DNA of 64,000 nt, from positions 4,320,001 through 4,384,000 of the forward strand of contig OY970067.1 of assembly GCA_963705305.1 (NCBI GenBank). Reading direction: 5' to 3'. The DNA is from an uncultured Methylomirabilota bacterium. GTDB taxonomy: Bacteria > Methylomirabilota > Methylomirabilia > Methylomirabilales > 2-02-FULL-66-22. Each line of letters begins with the position of its first letter. Within the stretch, counting starts at the first letter, position 1. The notes under the pieces were generated by a model. It ran no database searches, was not told the DNA's origin, and saw only the letters and a list, made by a program, of their open reading frames with translations. Of the stretch, positions 10,031-19,643 are shown one piece after another. The position numbers and the translations under genes are program-made.

Positions 10031-12541
10031 ATGGCTGACGCCGACACGAACGCTCCGCAGGATGAACTGGCCCGTGCGGAAGCCGCACTCGCAGAGCTGG
10101 AGCAAAAGACCCGCGAGGCCCGCGCCCGCGTGCAAGCCCTGCGAGCGCGGAAGACGGCTGTCCACGAATCACCGCCGTTGTATGTCGCGCTGCCATCTCC
10201 CCCGACAGCATGCGACAGTCTGACCCCGGAGCGAATCCAGCTCTTCCGTCAACTCTTCCGCGGTCGGGAGGATGTCTTCGCCCGTTTGTGGACCAATCCG
10301 AAGAAACAGACCAAGGGTTATGCGCCCGCCTGCGCCAACGAGTGGGCACGGGGCGTCTGCGAGAAGCCGCGGGTCAAGTGCGGGGAATGCCCGAACCAAG
10401 CATTTCTCCCGGTTGACGACAAAGCCATTCGGGGACATCTCCAGGGCCAGCACGTTATGGGGGTCTACCCCCTCCTGCGCGATGAGACCTGCTGGTTCCT
10501 TGCGGTTGACTTCGACGGGGCGGGGTGGCGCGACGATGTGGCGACCTTCGTTGAGACGTGTGCTAGCGTGCGGTGTCCGGCCGCCGTAGAGCGGTCTCGG
10601 TCTGGGAATGGGGCGCACGCTTGGTTCTTCTTCGCGACACCCGTGGTCGCCAGCCTGGCCCGGAATCTCGGCTCTTTCCTGCTCACCGAAACCATGGCCC
10701 GGCGGCACCAGCTCAGTATGCGCTCCTATGACCGCCTCTTTCCTAACCAGGACACCCTGCCCCGCGGCGGGTTCGGGAACCTGATCGCGCTTCCACTCCA
10801 GCACGCGGCCACGCTAAAGGGCAACGCGCTCTTCGTCAATACGACCTGGACACCATACTCCGACCAGTGGGCCATGCTGGCCTCGGTGCCCCGTCTGGAC
10901 CCAGCCCACGTGGAGTCCCTGGTCAAGGACGCCGCGCGACGGGGACAGATCATCGGCGTCCGGTCCGCCGGACTCGACGACGAGGCCGACCACGCCACGC
11001 CGTGGACCCGACCGCCATCCGGGACGCGCCAGGCCCCGGTGATCCCTGGGCCGCTCCCCCCGGAGGTCCGGGCCGTCCTGGCCCAGCGCCTCTTCGTCGC
11101 GAAGGCCGGCCTCCCCTCCCCGCTGCTCAACCAGATTAAGCGCCTGGCGGCCTTCCAGAACCCGGAGTTCTACAAGAAACAGCGAATGCGACTGTCCACG
11201 GCCGGCACGCCCCGCGTGATCGCCTGCACCGAGGAGTTCCCCGAGCACCTCGCCCTGCCCCGGGGGTGTTGCCCCGATCTCCAGGCCCTCCTCCACCAGC
11301 ATGGGGTGCGTCTCGTCATCGACGATCAGCGCACGGAAGGCGACCCTCTGGACGTCCGCTTCCACGGGGAACTGACCCCCCTCCAGGAAGACGCCGCACG
11401 CGCCCTCCTCCGGCACGAGACCGGCGTGTTCGTCGGACCCCCCGGCGTGGGGAAGACCGTACTCGGTGTCTACCTCGCGTCCCAGCGGCGGCGCAGCACC
11501 CTGGTGCTCGTTCATCGGCGGCCACTCCTGGATCAATGGAGGGTGCAGCTCGCCCTGTTCCTCGGGATCGAGGATGCGGCCATCGGGGAGATCGGCCGGG
11601 GGAAGCAGAAGGCGACCGGACGCCTGGATGTGGCCATGCTCCAGAGTGTCACGCGCAAAGACCGCGTGGATGATCGCGTGGCCGCCTACGGCCAGGTGAT
11701 CGTAGACGAGTGCCACCACATGCCCGCGGTCTCGTTCGAGCGGGTGCTCTCCGAGGTGCGCGCCCGCTACGTCGTCGGCCTCACGGCCACCCCCCAGCGG
11801 CGTGATGGGCACCAACCGATCACCGAGATGCAGCTCGGCCCGGTCCGGTACACAGCGGGCCCTCCTGGACCACGGTCCGGGAGACCGTTTGACACCCAGC
11901 TCATCACCCGAGAGACGCGGTTCCGCCTCGTCTCGGAACAGGCGACCCTCCCCATCCAGGCCCTCTATCGAGAGCTGGCAGCCGATCCCGCACGGAACGA
12001 TTTGATCCTCACCAACGTCATCCAGGCCATTGACGAGGGTCACTCCCCGATCCTCCTTACCGAGCGGAAGGATCACCTCACCTTCTTCGCGGAGCACCTC
12101 CGCGGATTCGTGCAGCACCTGGTCGTCCTGCAGGGCGGGATGACCGAGAAGGAACGGCGAGCGAGCGGGGCGGCCCTCGCGGCGATCCCGGACGATGAGG
12201 AGCGTCTGGTCCTCGCCACCGGGCGTTACATCGGCGAGGGCTTTGATGACGCCCGCCTGGATACGCTCTTCCTCGCGCTACCCATCTCGTGGAAGGGAAC
12301 GCTGGTGCAGTACACTGGCCGCCTGCACCGATCCCATCCCCGGAAGACGGTCGTCCGAATCTTCGACTACGTCGACCGTGCGGTCCCGATGCTCCAGAAG
12401 ATGTTCGAGCAACGTCTCCGCGCGTACCGCGCCATCGGCTATGTCGAGGACCAGGGGGCGGGCGGGTCTCTCTTGTCGCCGCGCAGCGAACGGTTCGAGG
12501 CGGAGCCGGAATTGCGGAGCAAGCCGGAGAAGCCCCGATGA
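10031..12541 (+). CDS. Primase-like (TOTE/AEP-type) N-terminal domain fused to a ResIII-type SF2 helicase
   Basis: LFRGREDV, Cys cluster, FLAVDFD, ERSRSGNGAHAW, GNLIALPLQ; GVGKT, DECHH, GLTATP, GEGFD. Confidence 0.8.
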   Translation: MADADTNAPQDELARAEAALAELEQKTREARARVQALRARKTAVHESPPLYVALPSPPTACDSLTPERIQLFRQLFRGREDVFARLWTNPKKQTKGYAPACANEWARGVCEKPRVKCGECPNQAFLPVDDKAIRGHLQGQHVMGVYPLLRDETCWFLAVDFDGAGWRDDVATFVETCASVRCPAAVERSRSGNGAHAWFFFATPVVASLARNLGSFLLTETMARRHQLSMRSYDRLFPNQDTLPRGGFGNLIALPLQHAATLKGNALFVNTTWTPYSDQWAMLASVPRLDPAHVESLVKDAARRGQIIGVRSAGLDDEADHATPWTRPPSGTRQAPVIPGPLPPEVRAVLAQRLFVAKAGLPSPLLNQIKRLAAFQNPEFYKKQRMRLSTAGTPRVIACTEEFPEHLALPRGCCPDLQALLHQHGVRLVIDDQRTEGDPLDVRFHGELTPLQEDAARALLRHETGVFVGPPGVGKTVLGVYLASQRRRSTLVLVHRRPLLDQWRVQLALFLGIEDAAIGEIGRGKQKATGRLDVAMLQSVTRKDRVDDRVAAYGQVIVDECHHMPAVSFERVLSEVRARYVVGLTATPQRRDGHQPITEMQLGPVRYTAGPPGPRSGRPFDTQLITRETRFRLVSEQATLPIQALYRELAADPARNDLILTNVIQAIDEGHSPILLTERKDHLTFFAEHLRGFVQHLVVLQGGMTEKERRASGAALAAIPDDEERLVLATGRYIGEGFDDARLDTLFLALPISWKGTLVQYTGRLHRSHPRKTVVRIFDYVDRAVPMLQKMFEQRLRAYRAIGYVEDQGAGGSLLSPRSERFEAEPELRSKPEKPR

Positions 12542-12900
12542 GATCCGGCATCTCGCGCAAGGGTAGAAGGGCGGGAATGGGATCGAAGCCCTCGGTGGCA
12601 AGGCTCGACGCCCTCATTGCGGAGGCCTTGGTGGACGCGTACGGCGACTCTGAGCAACGCACGGCATTCTACACCGTCTTGGAGGACTCGTTGGCTTTGC
12701 CCTTCACCACCCAAATCCTGGGCGTGGAAGTGATCGTGGAGCGTCTCGACCTCACCACCGACGAGCAGATCGTGGCCGTCTGTCGGCACGGGCGGGCGCG
12801 GCAGCGCATTCCGATCCTGGACCTGCCGCTTCCCGACCCCGTACCGCAGGGAGCGGAATGGATCGAGGCGTACCGACGCTGGGCGAATGCCGCGAGGTAG
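12538..12900 (+). CDS. CcbP-like ('calcium-binding') family protein
   Basis: EALVDAYGDSEQ...LALPF...WIEAYRRW; coupled to the helicase stop. Confidence 0.6.
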   Translation: MRSGISRKGRRAGMGSKPSVARLDALIAEALVDAYGDSEQRTAFYTVLEDSLALPFTTQILGVEVIVERLDLTTDEQIVAVCRHGRARQRIPILDLPLPDPVPQGAEWIEAYRRWANAAR

Positions 12901-13254
12901 ACCGCACCGATCCTCACCCTCACTGCCGCAGCCAGTTGCGCCCCACTGAACGTCTCCGAGGCGAATCCCCCGTCAAGTTTCTACCACAGCGCCCTGGAAC
13001 ATCGCCGATCTCGGCCCATATCGTAGGGACTATAGAGGCAACGATAAGGCCCGCAACCAACACAGGCCTCGACATATCGCGTTAGCCCTCCTTGACCCGC
13101 GAGCTGCGGTCGCGCGTAGCGCACCCATCGGTGTCACGCAGCGAACGACATGGACGTCATCATTAGTTCCTCTTCCCCGCTCCTCTTGGGGCCCTTTGCG
13201 AGGCGGTGATTTCGTCGGAATGGAGCTAGCGAAAGGCGGGAGGAAGGGAGGCGG

Positions 13255-13329
13255 CAACAAGACAACTTATGCTACAACGTTCCATCGTACACGAAATTCG
13301 GCAACAGCAATAACCAGATCGCGTCCCCT
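13255..13329 (+). repeat. Two tandem degenerate boundary sites
   Basis: caacaagacaacttatgctacaacgttcc (13255) and cggcaacagcaataaccagatcgcgtcccct (13299). Confidence 0.55.
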
Positions 13330-13433
13330 TTCTTGTGCCTGCGCGGAGAACCGACCCTACGCCTCGACGAGAATGACGGAAGTGCCTCGCTGTTTAGTGT
13401 GCGACGCTTTCCGAGGTTCGGCAGGAGATGCAG

Positions 13434-13748
13434 TCAAAAAGCATATACCGGGGTCTGCTCCAGGCGAACGGGAGGCGTGGACCCGATCAGGTCCAGGATC
13501 CTGCGGGTCACGGCCTCTTCGAGCAGCACTTCGTCCGTCAGCAGATCCACGAGGACCGGTACCTGCTCCACAATGGTCACTTTCCCGCGGACGGTGAGGG
13601 AGATCGTTCGAACATCGCACCGCAGCTCGCTCATCTCCGCGGCCTCCTTCCACGAAAATCTGCGCTCCAGCGTTCCGGGTGAAGATCTGGCCGGTAGGTT
13701 GTCACCAACTTCACTCGCTCACGAACAATCCCGAACGCCATATGCCAT
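13434..13748 (-). pseudogene. YgiT/MqsA-like antitoxin remnant
   Basis: RTISLTVRGKVTIVEQVPVLVDLLTDE...VRLEQTPVYAF; in-frame stop at 13719; related 3' scrap near 4300-4350. Confidence 0.4.
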
Positions 13749-13824
13749 GGTCGCCCCCCGTTTCTCGCTTTCGCCGACTCTCCGGCTCTCCGCACCAAAA
13801 CACGGAACCCAGCGCGCCGGTCCC

Positions 13825-14073
13825 CTATTCCTGTGTGTAGAATTCTCTTCGAAGATCATCCTGGGGAACGAAACGGCTCGCCTGCCGAATGATCGCCTAG
13901 AGGGTGCCCACATCCAATTCTCTGTGCTGCGGGAGAGTCAATGTCTGCACGCTCCCCGAAGGTGCCACTCGTCTCAGCTTTACGTGACTCCCTCGTTGAG
14001 CGTGGACCCGAAAGCCAAACCGGGCGAGAATGGTGATCACGTCGTCGCCGGACAGCCGTCTAAGCTTGGGCAC
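13825..14073 (-). pseudogene. hicA: HicA toxin with a premature TAG at codon 59
   Basis: Hand translation MPKLRRLSGDDVITILARFGFRVHAQRGSHVKLRR...LPQHRELDVGTL*AIIRQA; stop at 13897-13899; absent from the ORF track. Confidence 0.85.
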
Positions 14074-14296
14074 CGGCCGGCTCCAGCTCCATGGTCACCA
14101 AGATCGTGGGGTGCGGGACGAGGCCGAAGTCAGCGGCGTTTTCCCCTTCGAGGTGGAGGGCGACGGCCTCCTGCAGGTTTGCAAGGGTTTCGTCTACCGT
14201 CCTTCCCTGGGTTACGACAGCCAGCTCCATGCATTCGGCGACATACCAGTCGTCGCCCCGGCGAAGCAAGGCCTTCACGGTGTGCTGCAGCGTCAT
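14060..14296 (-). CDS. hicB: HicB-like antitoxin
   Basis: WYVAECMELAVVTQGRTVDETLANLQEAVALHLE. Confidence 0.88.
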   Translation of the reverse strand: MTLQHTVKALLRRGDDWYVAECMELAVVTQGRTVDETLANLQEAVALHLEGENAADFGLVPHPTILVTMELEPAGAQA

Positions 14297-14398
14297 AGCT
14301 TTCTCCGCTCTCCTCTCAAGTGCTCTTGCCGTGCCCCCGCTCGCGACCGACCAACGGAACTGTCATCGCTTCTTACGCGTGCCATCGGAGTCTTCAGC

Positions 14399-14426
14399 AT
14401 TATAAGCCATCCCGGCCCAGTCGCAA
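14399..14426 (-). promoter_or_regulatory. Sigma70-like promoter for hicBA
   Basis: Minus strand TTGCGA-16 bp-TATAAT; homologous to 5066-5093. Confidence 0.65.
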
Positions 14427-14636
14427 GGTTCTTCCTCCAGCCGCTCCTCTTCCTCAGCACCCCTGCTCCCGAGCGCAGCGGTGCGCCCCCTCCCTCCGGG
14501 GTGGAGCCCCTACGGGGTGGAACCCGGACCGCAGGCTGACCCCTGACCTCTGACCTCTGACTACTAGTTTTTGCGCCATGCCCCCTGCTCTCTGCCCTCT
14601 GCTCTTTGCCCCGTGCCCCGCGCCCTATGCGCTTCG

Positions 14637-14666
14637 CAATCTGGTCAAAAACGTCGAATGTCCCCT
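14637..14666 (+). repeat. Degenerate boundary site (B-like)
   Basis: caatctggtcaaaaacgtcgaatgtcccct after a long heptamer tract (~14535-14640). Confidence 0.65.
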
Positions 14667-14732
14667 AAATTCACAGGTTGGGGACGGTCTTGAAGTCCAC
14701 CTGGATGGAGCGTGGTCCCAGCATGGATGCCC

Positions 14733-14780
14733 TTGACCTGTGATAAGAGGGCTGGTACTGTCTTGACCGTCTAGACGGTC
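14733..14780 (+). promoter_or_regulatory. Promoter and operator of the MazF-1 module
   Basis: TTGACC-17 bp-TACTGT (extended -10); perfect 16-bp palindrome gaccgtctagacggtc 14765-14780. Confidence 0.65.
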
Positions 14781-14813
14781 TAGGCAGCCTTAGTCGTCTT
14801 GGGGGGCGTTCAG

Positions 14814-15044
14814 ATGAAACCGGAAAGGAAGATGGTCTACATCTCTGAAGAGGCTCATGGACGGCTCAAGCTCTTGGCCGCCCGCCGCAATCGGCCAATG
14901 GGGGAGCTCGTCGACGAGCTGGTCGCGCAAGAGCTGGCCGACCTCGTCAACCCCTGGACCGGTCCCGAGGGCCTGATGCTCCAGCAGAGCATCTTGGCGC
15001 GGATCTGGGATGATCCCGCCTTGGATGTGTATGACCATGATTGA
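14814..15044 (+). CDS. Antitoxin of MazF-1 (copy 2)
   Basis: Duplicate of 1-223. Confidence 0.75.
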   Translation: MKPERKMVYISEEAHGRLKLLAARRNRPMGELVDELVAQELADLVNPWTGPEGLMLQQSILARIWDDPALDVYDHD

Positions 15045-15408
15045 GCTCCGGCGGGGTGACGTCGTCCTCGTAAGCTTTCCATTCGTCATCCCCAACCATA
15101 CCCAGCGGAAGCGACGGCCGGCCGTGGTCGTTCAGTCCGATCGGTACAACCGCCGGCGAGCGGCCGTTATCGTCGCCGCCATCACCAGTACCCAGGGCTA
15201 CGCCCACCTTCCCTGCAAGCTCCTGGTGGCGAAAGACACGCCTGAGGGCCGCGAGGCCGGTCTCCGCCTGGATAGCGTGGTAGACTGCCAGACCCTGGCC
15301 ACGATCCCCCGAGGGGAGATCGTCCGCCGTCTCGGCAGATTTCCCCAGGACGTGATGCGTCGTCTGGACCAAGCCCTCCAGGACGCGCTGGGCTTGCCAG
15401 TGGTCTGA
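15031..15408 (+). CDS. mazF: MazF/PemK toxin (type 1, copy 2)
   Basis: Same protein as 210-587. Confidence 0.9.
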   Translation: MTMIELRRGDVVLVSFPFVIPNHTQRKRRPAVVVQSDRYNRRRAAVIVAAITSTQGYAHLPCKLLVAKDTPEGREAGLRLDSVVDCQTLATIPRGEIVRRLGRFPQDVMRRLDQALQDALGLPVV

Positions 15409-15561
15409 AATGCTGGCGAGGAGTGTACGATTGGACGCCTGGGCGAACCTACCGTCCGCTGGCAGATTGGAAGCCGACAGGGACGCGTTGGAGTATGCAC
15501 GGATGGGATGGGGAGGGGCGGCGTCAGATTTGGGACTGGCGGAGAGAGGAAGGCAAGCGGC

Positions 15562-15592
15562 AAATAAGGTAATTACGGTTACAACGTCCCCC
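15562..15592 (+). repeat. Cassette-boundary site, subtype A
   Basis: aaataaggtaattacggttacaacgtccccc. Confidence 0.9.
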
Positions 15593-15599
15593 CGATGGC

Positions 15600-15827
15600 T
15601 CAGGTGGGCGGACCGTAGAGGCACTGGTCGTGCCGGATGGAGATATCGGTTTCGGTCGATTCCCCGTTCCCGATGAGCGCCTCCAGTCCTCGTCGCTGCC
15701 CCTCTGCGATTCGGGCAGGCTCATCTGGAAGCAAGAGCACATAGATGTGCTCCTTCTCCCTCAGGTCCACCGACTCCAGAGGCCGAAGGATGCCACACTC
15801 ATAAACGGCCTGAACGACTTTTGTCAC
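15600..15827 (-). CDS. AF2212/DUF104 family antitoxin (orphan)
   Basis: VQAVYECGILRPLESVDLREKE; no toxin downstream, site A lies 7 bp past the stop. Confidence 0.78.
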   Translation of the reverse strand: MTKVVQAVYECGILRPLESVDLREKEHIYVLLLPDEPARIAEGQRRGLEALIGNGESTETDISIRHDQCLYGPPT

Positions 15828-16001
15828 CGTATCTCCTTCCCAAGCCAGGAGGTAGATTCCCTTGAACCTGAGAGTAGCTATGTGCGCTTAGGAAGTCAAG
15901 GCTTGTTCACCCGCTGCCCCCCGCGCCCCCTCTCGCCCCTGCGCCTCTTCGCCTCAGCGCCTCTACGGCCCCCTTCCCTTTGCCCTTTGCCCTACGCCAC
16001 A

Positions 16002-16032
16002 GGATACGGTCAATAATGTCGCAACCTCCCCT
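16002..16032 (+). repeat. Cassette-boundary site, subtype B
   Basis: ggatacggtcaataatgtcgcaacctcccct. Confidence 0.88.
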
Positions 16033-16216
16033 AGCTTTTTCTCGGGCGGGTGCCGGTGAAGGTGACGGGGATGAGCTTGCCGGGCGACCACCGCTTGGAG
16101 GCAAGTGCGTGTTTCGTCTCCCGCTTCCCCTCAAGTCGTGATATGCTATGCTCTAAAATAGAGCAAGCCAGGGGGTGCTGTCGACGGCACCGGTGGACTG
16201 AACGGTCAGGACGGCA

Positions 16217-16498
16217 ATGGATATCGTAACCGCCAACCGACATGACATCTTGCGGATCGCACGCCGCCACGGGGTGGCTCAGGTCCGCCTGTTTGGCTCC
16301 CAAGCACGAGGCGTTGCGGGTGAAAGCAGCGACGTCGATCTCCTGATCGAGGTGGAGGGGCCCACCACACCGTGGTTCCCGGGCGGGCTGGTGGCTGACC
16401 TCGAGGCATTGTTGGGGTGCCGCGTGGACGTCGTGGAGGCGGACGCGCTGCACCCGGATGTCCGGGCACAGGCGCTGGCGGAGGCGCGGACGTTGTGA
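16217..16498 (+). CDS. Minimal nucleotidyltransferase (MNT) antitoxin
   Basis: LFGSQARG...SSDVDLLIE...LEALLGCRVDVV. Confidence 0.9.
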   Translation: MDIVTANRHDILRIARRHGVAQVRLFGSQARGVAGESSDVDLLIEVEGPTTPWFPGGLVADLEALLGCRVDVVEADALHPDVRAQALAEARTL

Positions 16499-16848
16499 AG
16501 GATGACCGGGTCTACCTCCGGCATATCCTCCAATGCATCGAGGCCATCGGCGGCTATATCACGTCGGGACGCCCGCAGTTCTTCGCAGATCGCAAGACCC
16601 ACAAGGCCGTCCTTCGCGAGCTCCAAGAACTCTCTGAGTCCGTCCAGCGGCTTTCGCCGGAACTACGAGCGCATCACCCTGAAGTCCCTTGGGCCGCCAT
16701 CGGCGGATTCAGGAACGTGCTGGTCCATGACTACCTGGGAATCAGCCTTTCCCGTGTGTGGGACGTGATCGAGCGGGATCTTCCCGCCCTTCGGACAACA
16801 GTGCTGCATATGCTCCGAGATCTCGGCGAGCGCCCTCCCGCGCCCTAA
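16495..16848 (+). CDS. HEPN (DUF86/HepT-like) toxin
   Basis: YLRHIL...PEVPWAAIGGFRNVLVHDY (RX4H motif). Confidence 0.9.
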   Translation: MKDDRVYLRHILQCIEAIGGYITSGRPQFFADRKTHKAVLRELQELSESVQRLSPELRAHHPEVPWAAIGGFRNVLVHDYLGISLSRVWDVIERDLPALRTTVLHMLRDLGERPPAP

Positions 16849-17062
16849 CTCCCTGCTCTATACTTCAGCCCCCAGTGTCTTCTTCTCGACGTACGCTCGC
16901 ACCCTCATACCTCCTCGTCTTTTCTGCCCGCCTCCCCTGCTCCTCGCTTCTCCGCGCGGTTCTCAATTTCGAATGTCGCATTTCGAACTTCGAATTCCCC
17001 CCGTCGCCCGCTCCCCCCTCCGCCCCATGCCCTACGCTCTGTGCCCTTTGCCCTACGCCACA

Positions 17063-17093
17063 GGATACGGTCAATAATGTCGCAACGTCCCCT
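17063..17093 (+). repeat. Cassette-boundary site, subtype B
   Basis: ggatacggtcaataatgtcgcaacgtcccct. Confidence 0.9.
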
Positions 17094-17244
17094 AGACCGA
17101 GTGGCGGAGAGTACCTCCCGGAGAGCGATCCATGTCCGGGCGATCGGCCGCTTCCCGCGGCGTTCGGAGAGGGTCCCGGGATGCAGTTTCCCCTTGCTGG
17201 CACGTCGGGATGGCGCTACACTATGGGCACCCTGGAGGTGCTAC

Positions 17245-17568
17245 ATGAGTGTAACCACGCACAGAACCCGGACCAAGGCAACGTCGCAGCGGGAGGCGGC
17301 GCCCATGGCCTCCCGGATTGTCCGCCGGAGCTTTGCGCTTCCCCGGCACATCGTCATGGAGGCCACGGCAGTGGCCCCGGCTGAGCTGCAGACCAACCTC
17401 AACCGGCTCGTCACGACCGCGCTAGAAGAGTACACGGCCACCCGCAAACAGCAGGCCTTTGCAGCCGCCATGGCCGCCATGGCGGCGGACCCTGCGGTCA
17501 CCCGCGTCTCCAGCGACCTCCTGGCGGTCTTTCGCACGACCGAGGTGGACGGCCTCCCCGATGATTAG
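17245..17568 (+). CDS. Antitoxin of MazF-2 (copy 2)
   Basis: Duplicate of 1208-1531. Confidence 0.7.
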   Translation: MSVTTHRTRTKATSQREAAPMASRIVRRSFALPRHIVMEATAVAPAELQTNLNRLVTTALEEYTATRKQQAFAAAMAAMAADPAVTRVSSDLLAVFRTTEVDGLPDD

Positions 17569-17923
17569 CCGCGGCCAGATCTACCGCGTCAACCTCAATC
17601 CCGTCCATGGCCGCGAGCAGAAGGGGATGCGCCCCGTCCTGGTCGTCTCCGCCGATGCCATCAACCGTCAGCCGCTCGTCGTGACCGTCGTGGCAGGCAC
17701 GGACGCGACCACCGTGCCCCGCGACTACCCGACGAACGTCCGGGTGCCGGCCCGCGAGAGCGGCTTGCCGAAGGACACGGTCTTCCTGTGCTTCCAGCTC
17801 CGAACCCTCGATCCGACGCGCTTCCAGGATCCTCGCACCGGCCAGGTGACGCCGGTGGGCCAGCTCCCGGCGGCGCGCATGGCCGAGGTCGATACAGCGC
17901 TCCGCGCCGTGCTGAGCTTCTAG
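17561..17923 (+). CDS. mazF: MazF/PemK toxin (type 2, copy 2)
   Basis: Duplicate of 1524-1886. Confidence 0.92.
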   Translation: MISRGQIYRVNLNPVHGREQKGMRPVLVVSADAINRQPLVVTVVAGTDATTVPRDYPTNVRVPARESGLPKDTVFLCFQLRTLDPTRFQDPRTGQVTPVGQLPAARMAEVDTALRAVLSF

Positions 17924-18548
17924 GAGCCTGGAGAGCGCCAACAAGTCTGTGGTCGCCGAATCATGCCGGCGGGACCGTTCCGCGAATAGCCCCTCCTCTT
18001 GCGTTTCAGCGCCTGATCCTACGTCCGTGCGCGATGGCACGGAGCTGGCCGACCTGACCGGCCAGGCATTGTGCCCCAAGACGGCTTGTGAAACGAGGCC
18101 CTATCGGCAATCCCACGTCTCCCCCGTGCCGGCGGATCGCCCTCGACCGCGAGAACCGCCTCGACGCTCATCTAGCCGCTTTCTCCCGAGCGTCGGAGGA
18201 CTGGTTTGTCCGTCGCGCCTCATTGCCCATGTCGATCGTGGCACGGGCGATGTCCTTCCCGCCGAAACCTGGCGAGATCGATGGTGGCGCCTCCACCGCG
18301 GCCCCTCTCTCTCGCTGAAGCCTGGCGGCTCTCTGCGTCCGTCGCCGCCTTGACCGGGTGGCGCCCGGGTTGAGCACGTGGGCGAGATCCACCGCAGGCG
18401 TAGGGCTTGCCGCGCAGCTTTCCGACCCGATCGTGCGGCGACAGCGGACGAGCGGAGAAGGGCATGCGGACGGCGGTCGTCAGGAGCGGCAGGCGGGAAG
18501 GGGGGGGATCGGACTCAGGGACTTGAGGGAGGCCCGGAAGGGTGGCGG

Positions 18549-18579
18549 CAACAAGGTAATTAAGGTTACAACGTCCCCT
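18549..18579 (+). repeat. Cassette-boundary site, subtype A
   Basis: caacaaggtaattaaggttacaacgtcccct. Confidence 0.9.
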
Positions 18580-19190
18580 CGGCCTTGTTCCCCTCCATCA
18601 GGGGCACGTGTTTGTGGGCCGCCGCGTGGAAGAGGACCTCGGGCAGGTGCTCCTCCAGGACAGCCGTCATCCGCGCCTCGTCGGTGACATCGGCGATCAC
18701 GGGGTGGAGGACGAGCTTCGGGACCTTGTCCCGCAGCTCCAGCTCCACGAAGAAGAGGCCGTTCTCGGACCGGTCCAAAAGGACCAGCTCGGCCGGCTCG
18801 AACCGGGCGATCTGGCGGCACAGCTCCGACCCGATGGAGCCGCCCGCCCCCGTCACCAGGACCCGCTTCCCGGACACGAACTGCTCCACCTCGGCCTGGT
18901 CGATGCGGACCGGCTCGCGCCGCAGGAGGTCCGCGATGTTCAGCCGGCGGGGCCTCACCGCCAGGGCCGGGCTGTCCGTCAGCTCGCGCAGGTTGGGGAT
19001 CGTCTTGAACTCCACCTGGGCGGACCGGCAGGCCCCGATGATCCGGCGCATCTGCTCGCCGGTGGCCGAGGGGATGGCGATCAAGAGCTCGTGGATCGCA
19101 TGCGTGTGGCACAACCCGGGCAGCTCGTCGATCGTCCCCAGCACCTTCTTGCCGTGGATGCGCCGGCCCTGCCTGGCCGGATCGTCGTCC
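18577..19190 (-). pseudogene. capD-like internal fragment (copy 2)
   Basis: Duplicate of 2289-2902. Confidence 0.9.
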
Positions 19191-19296
19191 GCGGGCCCCA
19201 CCGTACCGTCCGTCCCTCTCCTCGGAAGGTCTTGACATGTGTTGTCAGATCTGCCAACATCGCAATTACCGGCGGCCCAAGGGAAGGCAAGATACG

Positions 19297-19643
19297 ATGA
19301 CTCGGAAGACACGACCAATTTCGTGGGTCAGCGCGGCGCTCAGGGAATTCCAGGCGTTCCCGGAGGGGGCCAAGGCGATTTGTCTTGCCGCTCTCACGGT
19401 GGCCGCTGAAAACGAGAAAGCTGACATTGCGAGCCGATGCACGGCATGGGCGCGGGTGTATTTGAGATCGCTCTGCGGTTTCGGAGCAATGCGTTTCGAG
19501 TCGTCTATCCCGTGCAGCTTGGAGACGACATCTGGGTGCTCCATGCGTTCGAGAAGAAATCGAAGCGGGGCGCCAAAACTCCGGGGGGCGAAATCGATTT
19601 GATTAAGAACCGCCTGAAGAGATTGAGGGAGATGTTGCCATGA
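19297..19643 (+). pseudogene. higB: HigB-like toxin, frameshifted (copy 2)
   Basis: Same frameshift as copy 1. Confidence 0.8.

Larger units (their letters stand above)
14822..15595 (+). repeat. Segmental duplicate of 1-774
   Basis: Offset 14821; two substitutions seen just upstream of site A. Confidence 0.95.
17042..18195 (+). repeat. Segmental duplicate of 1005-2158
   Basis: Offset 16037. Confidence 0.95.
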
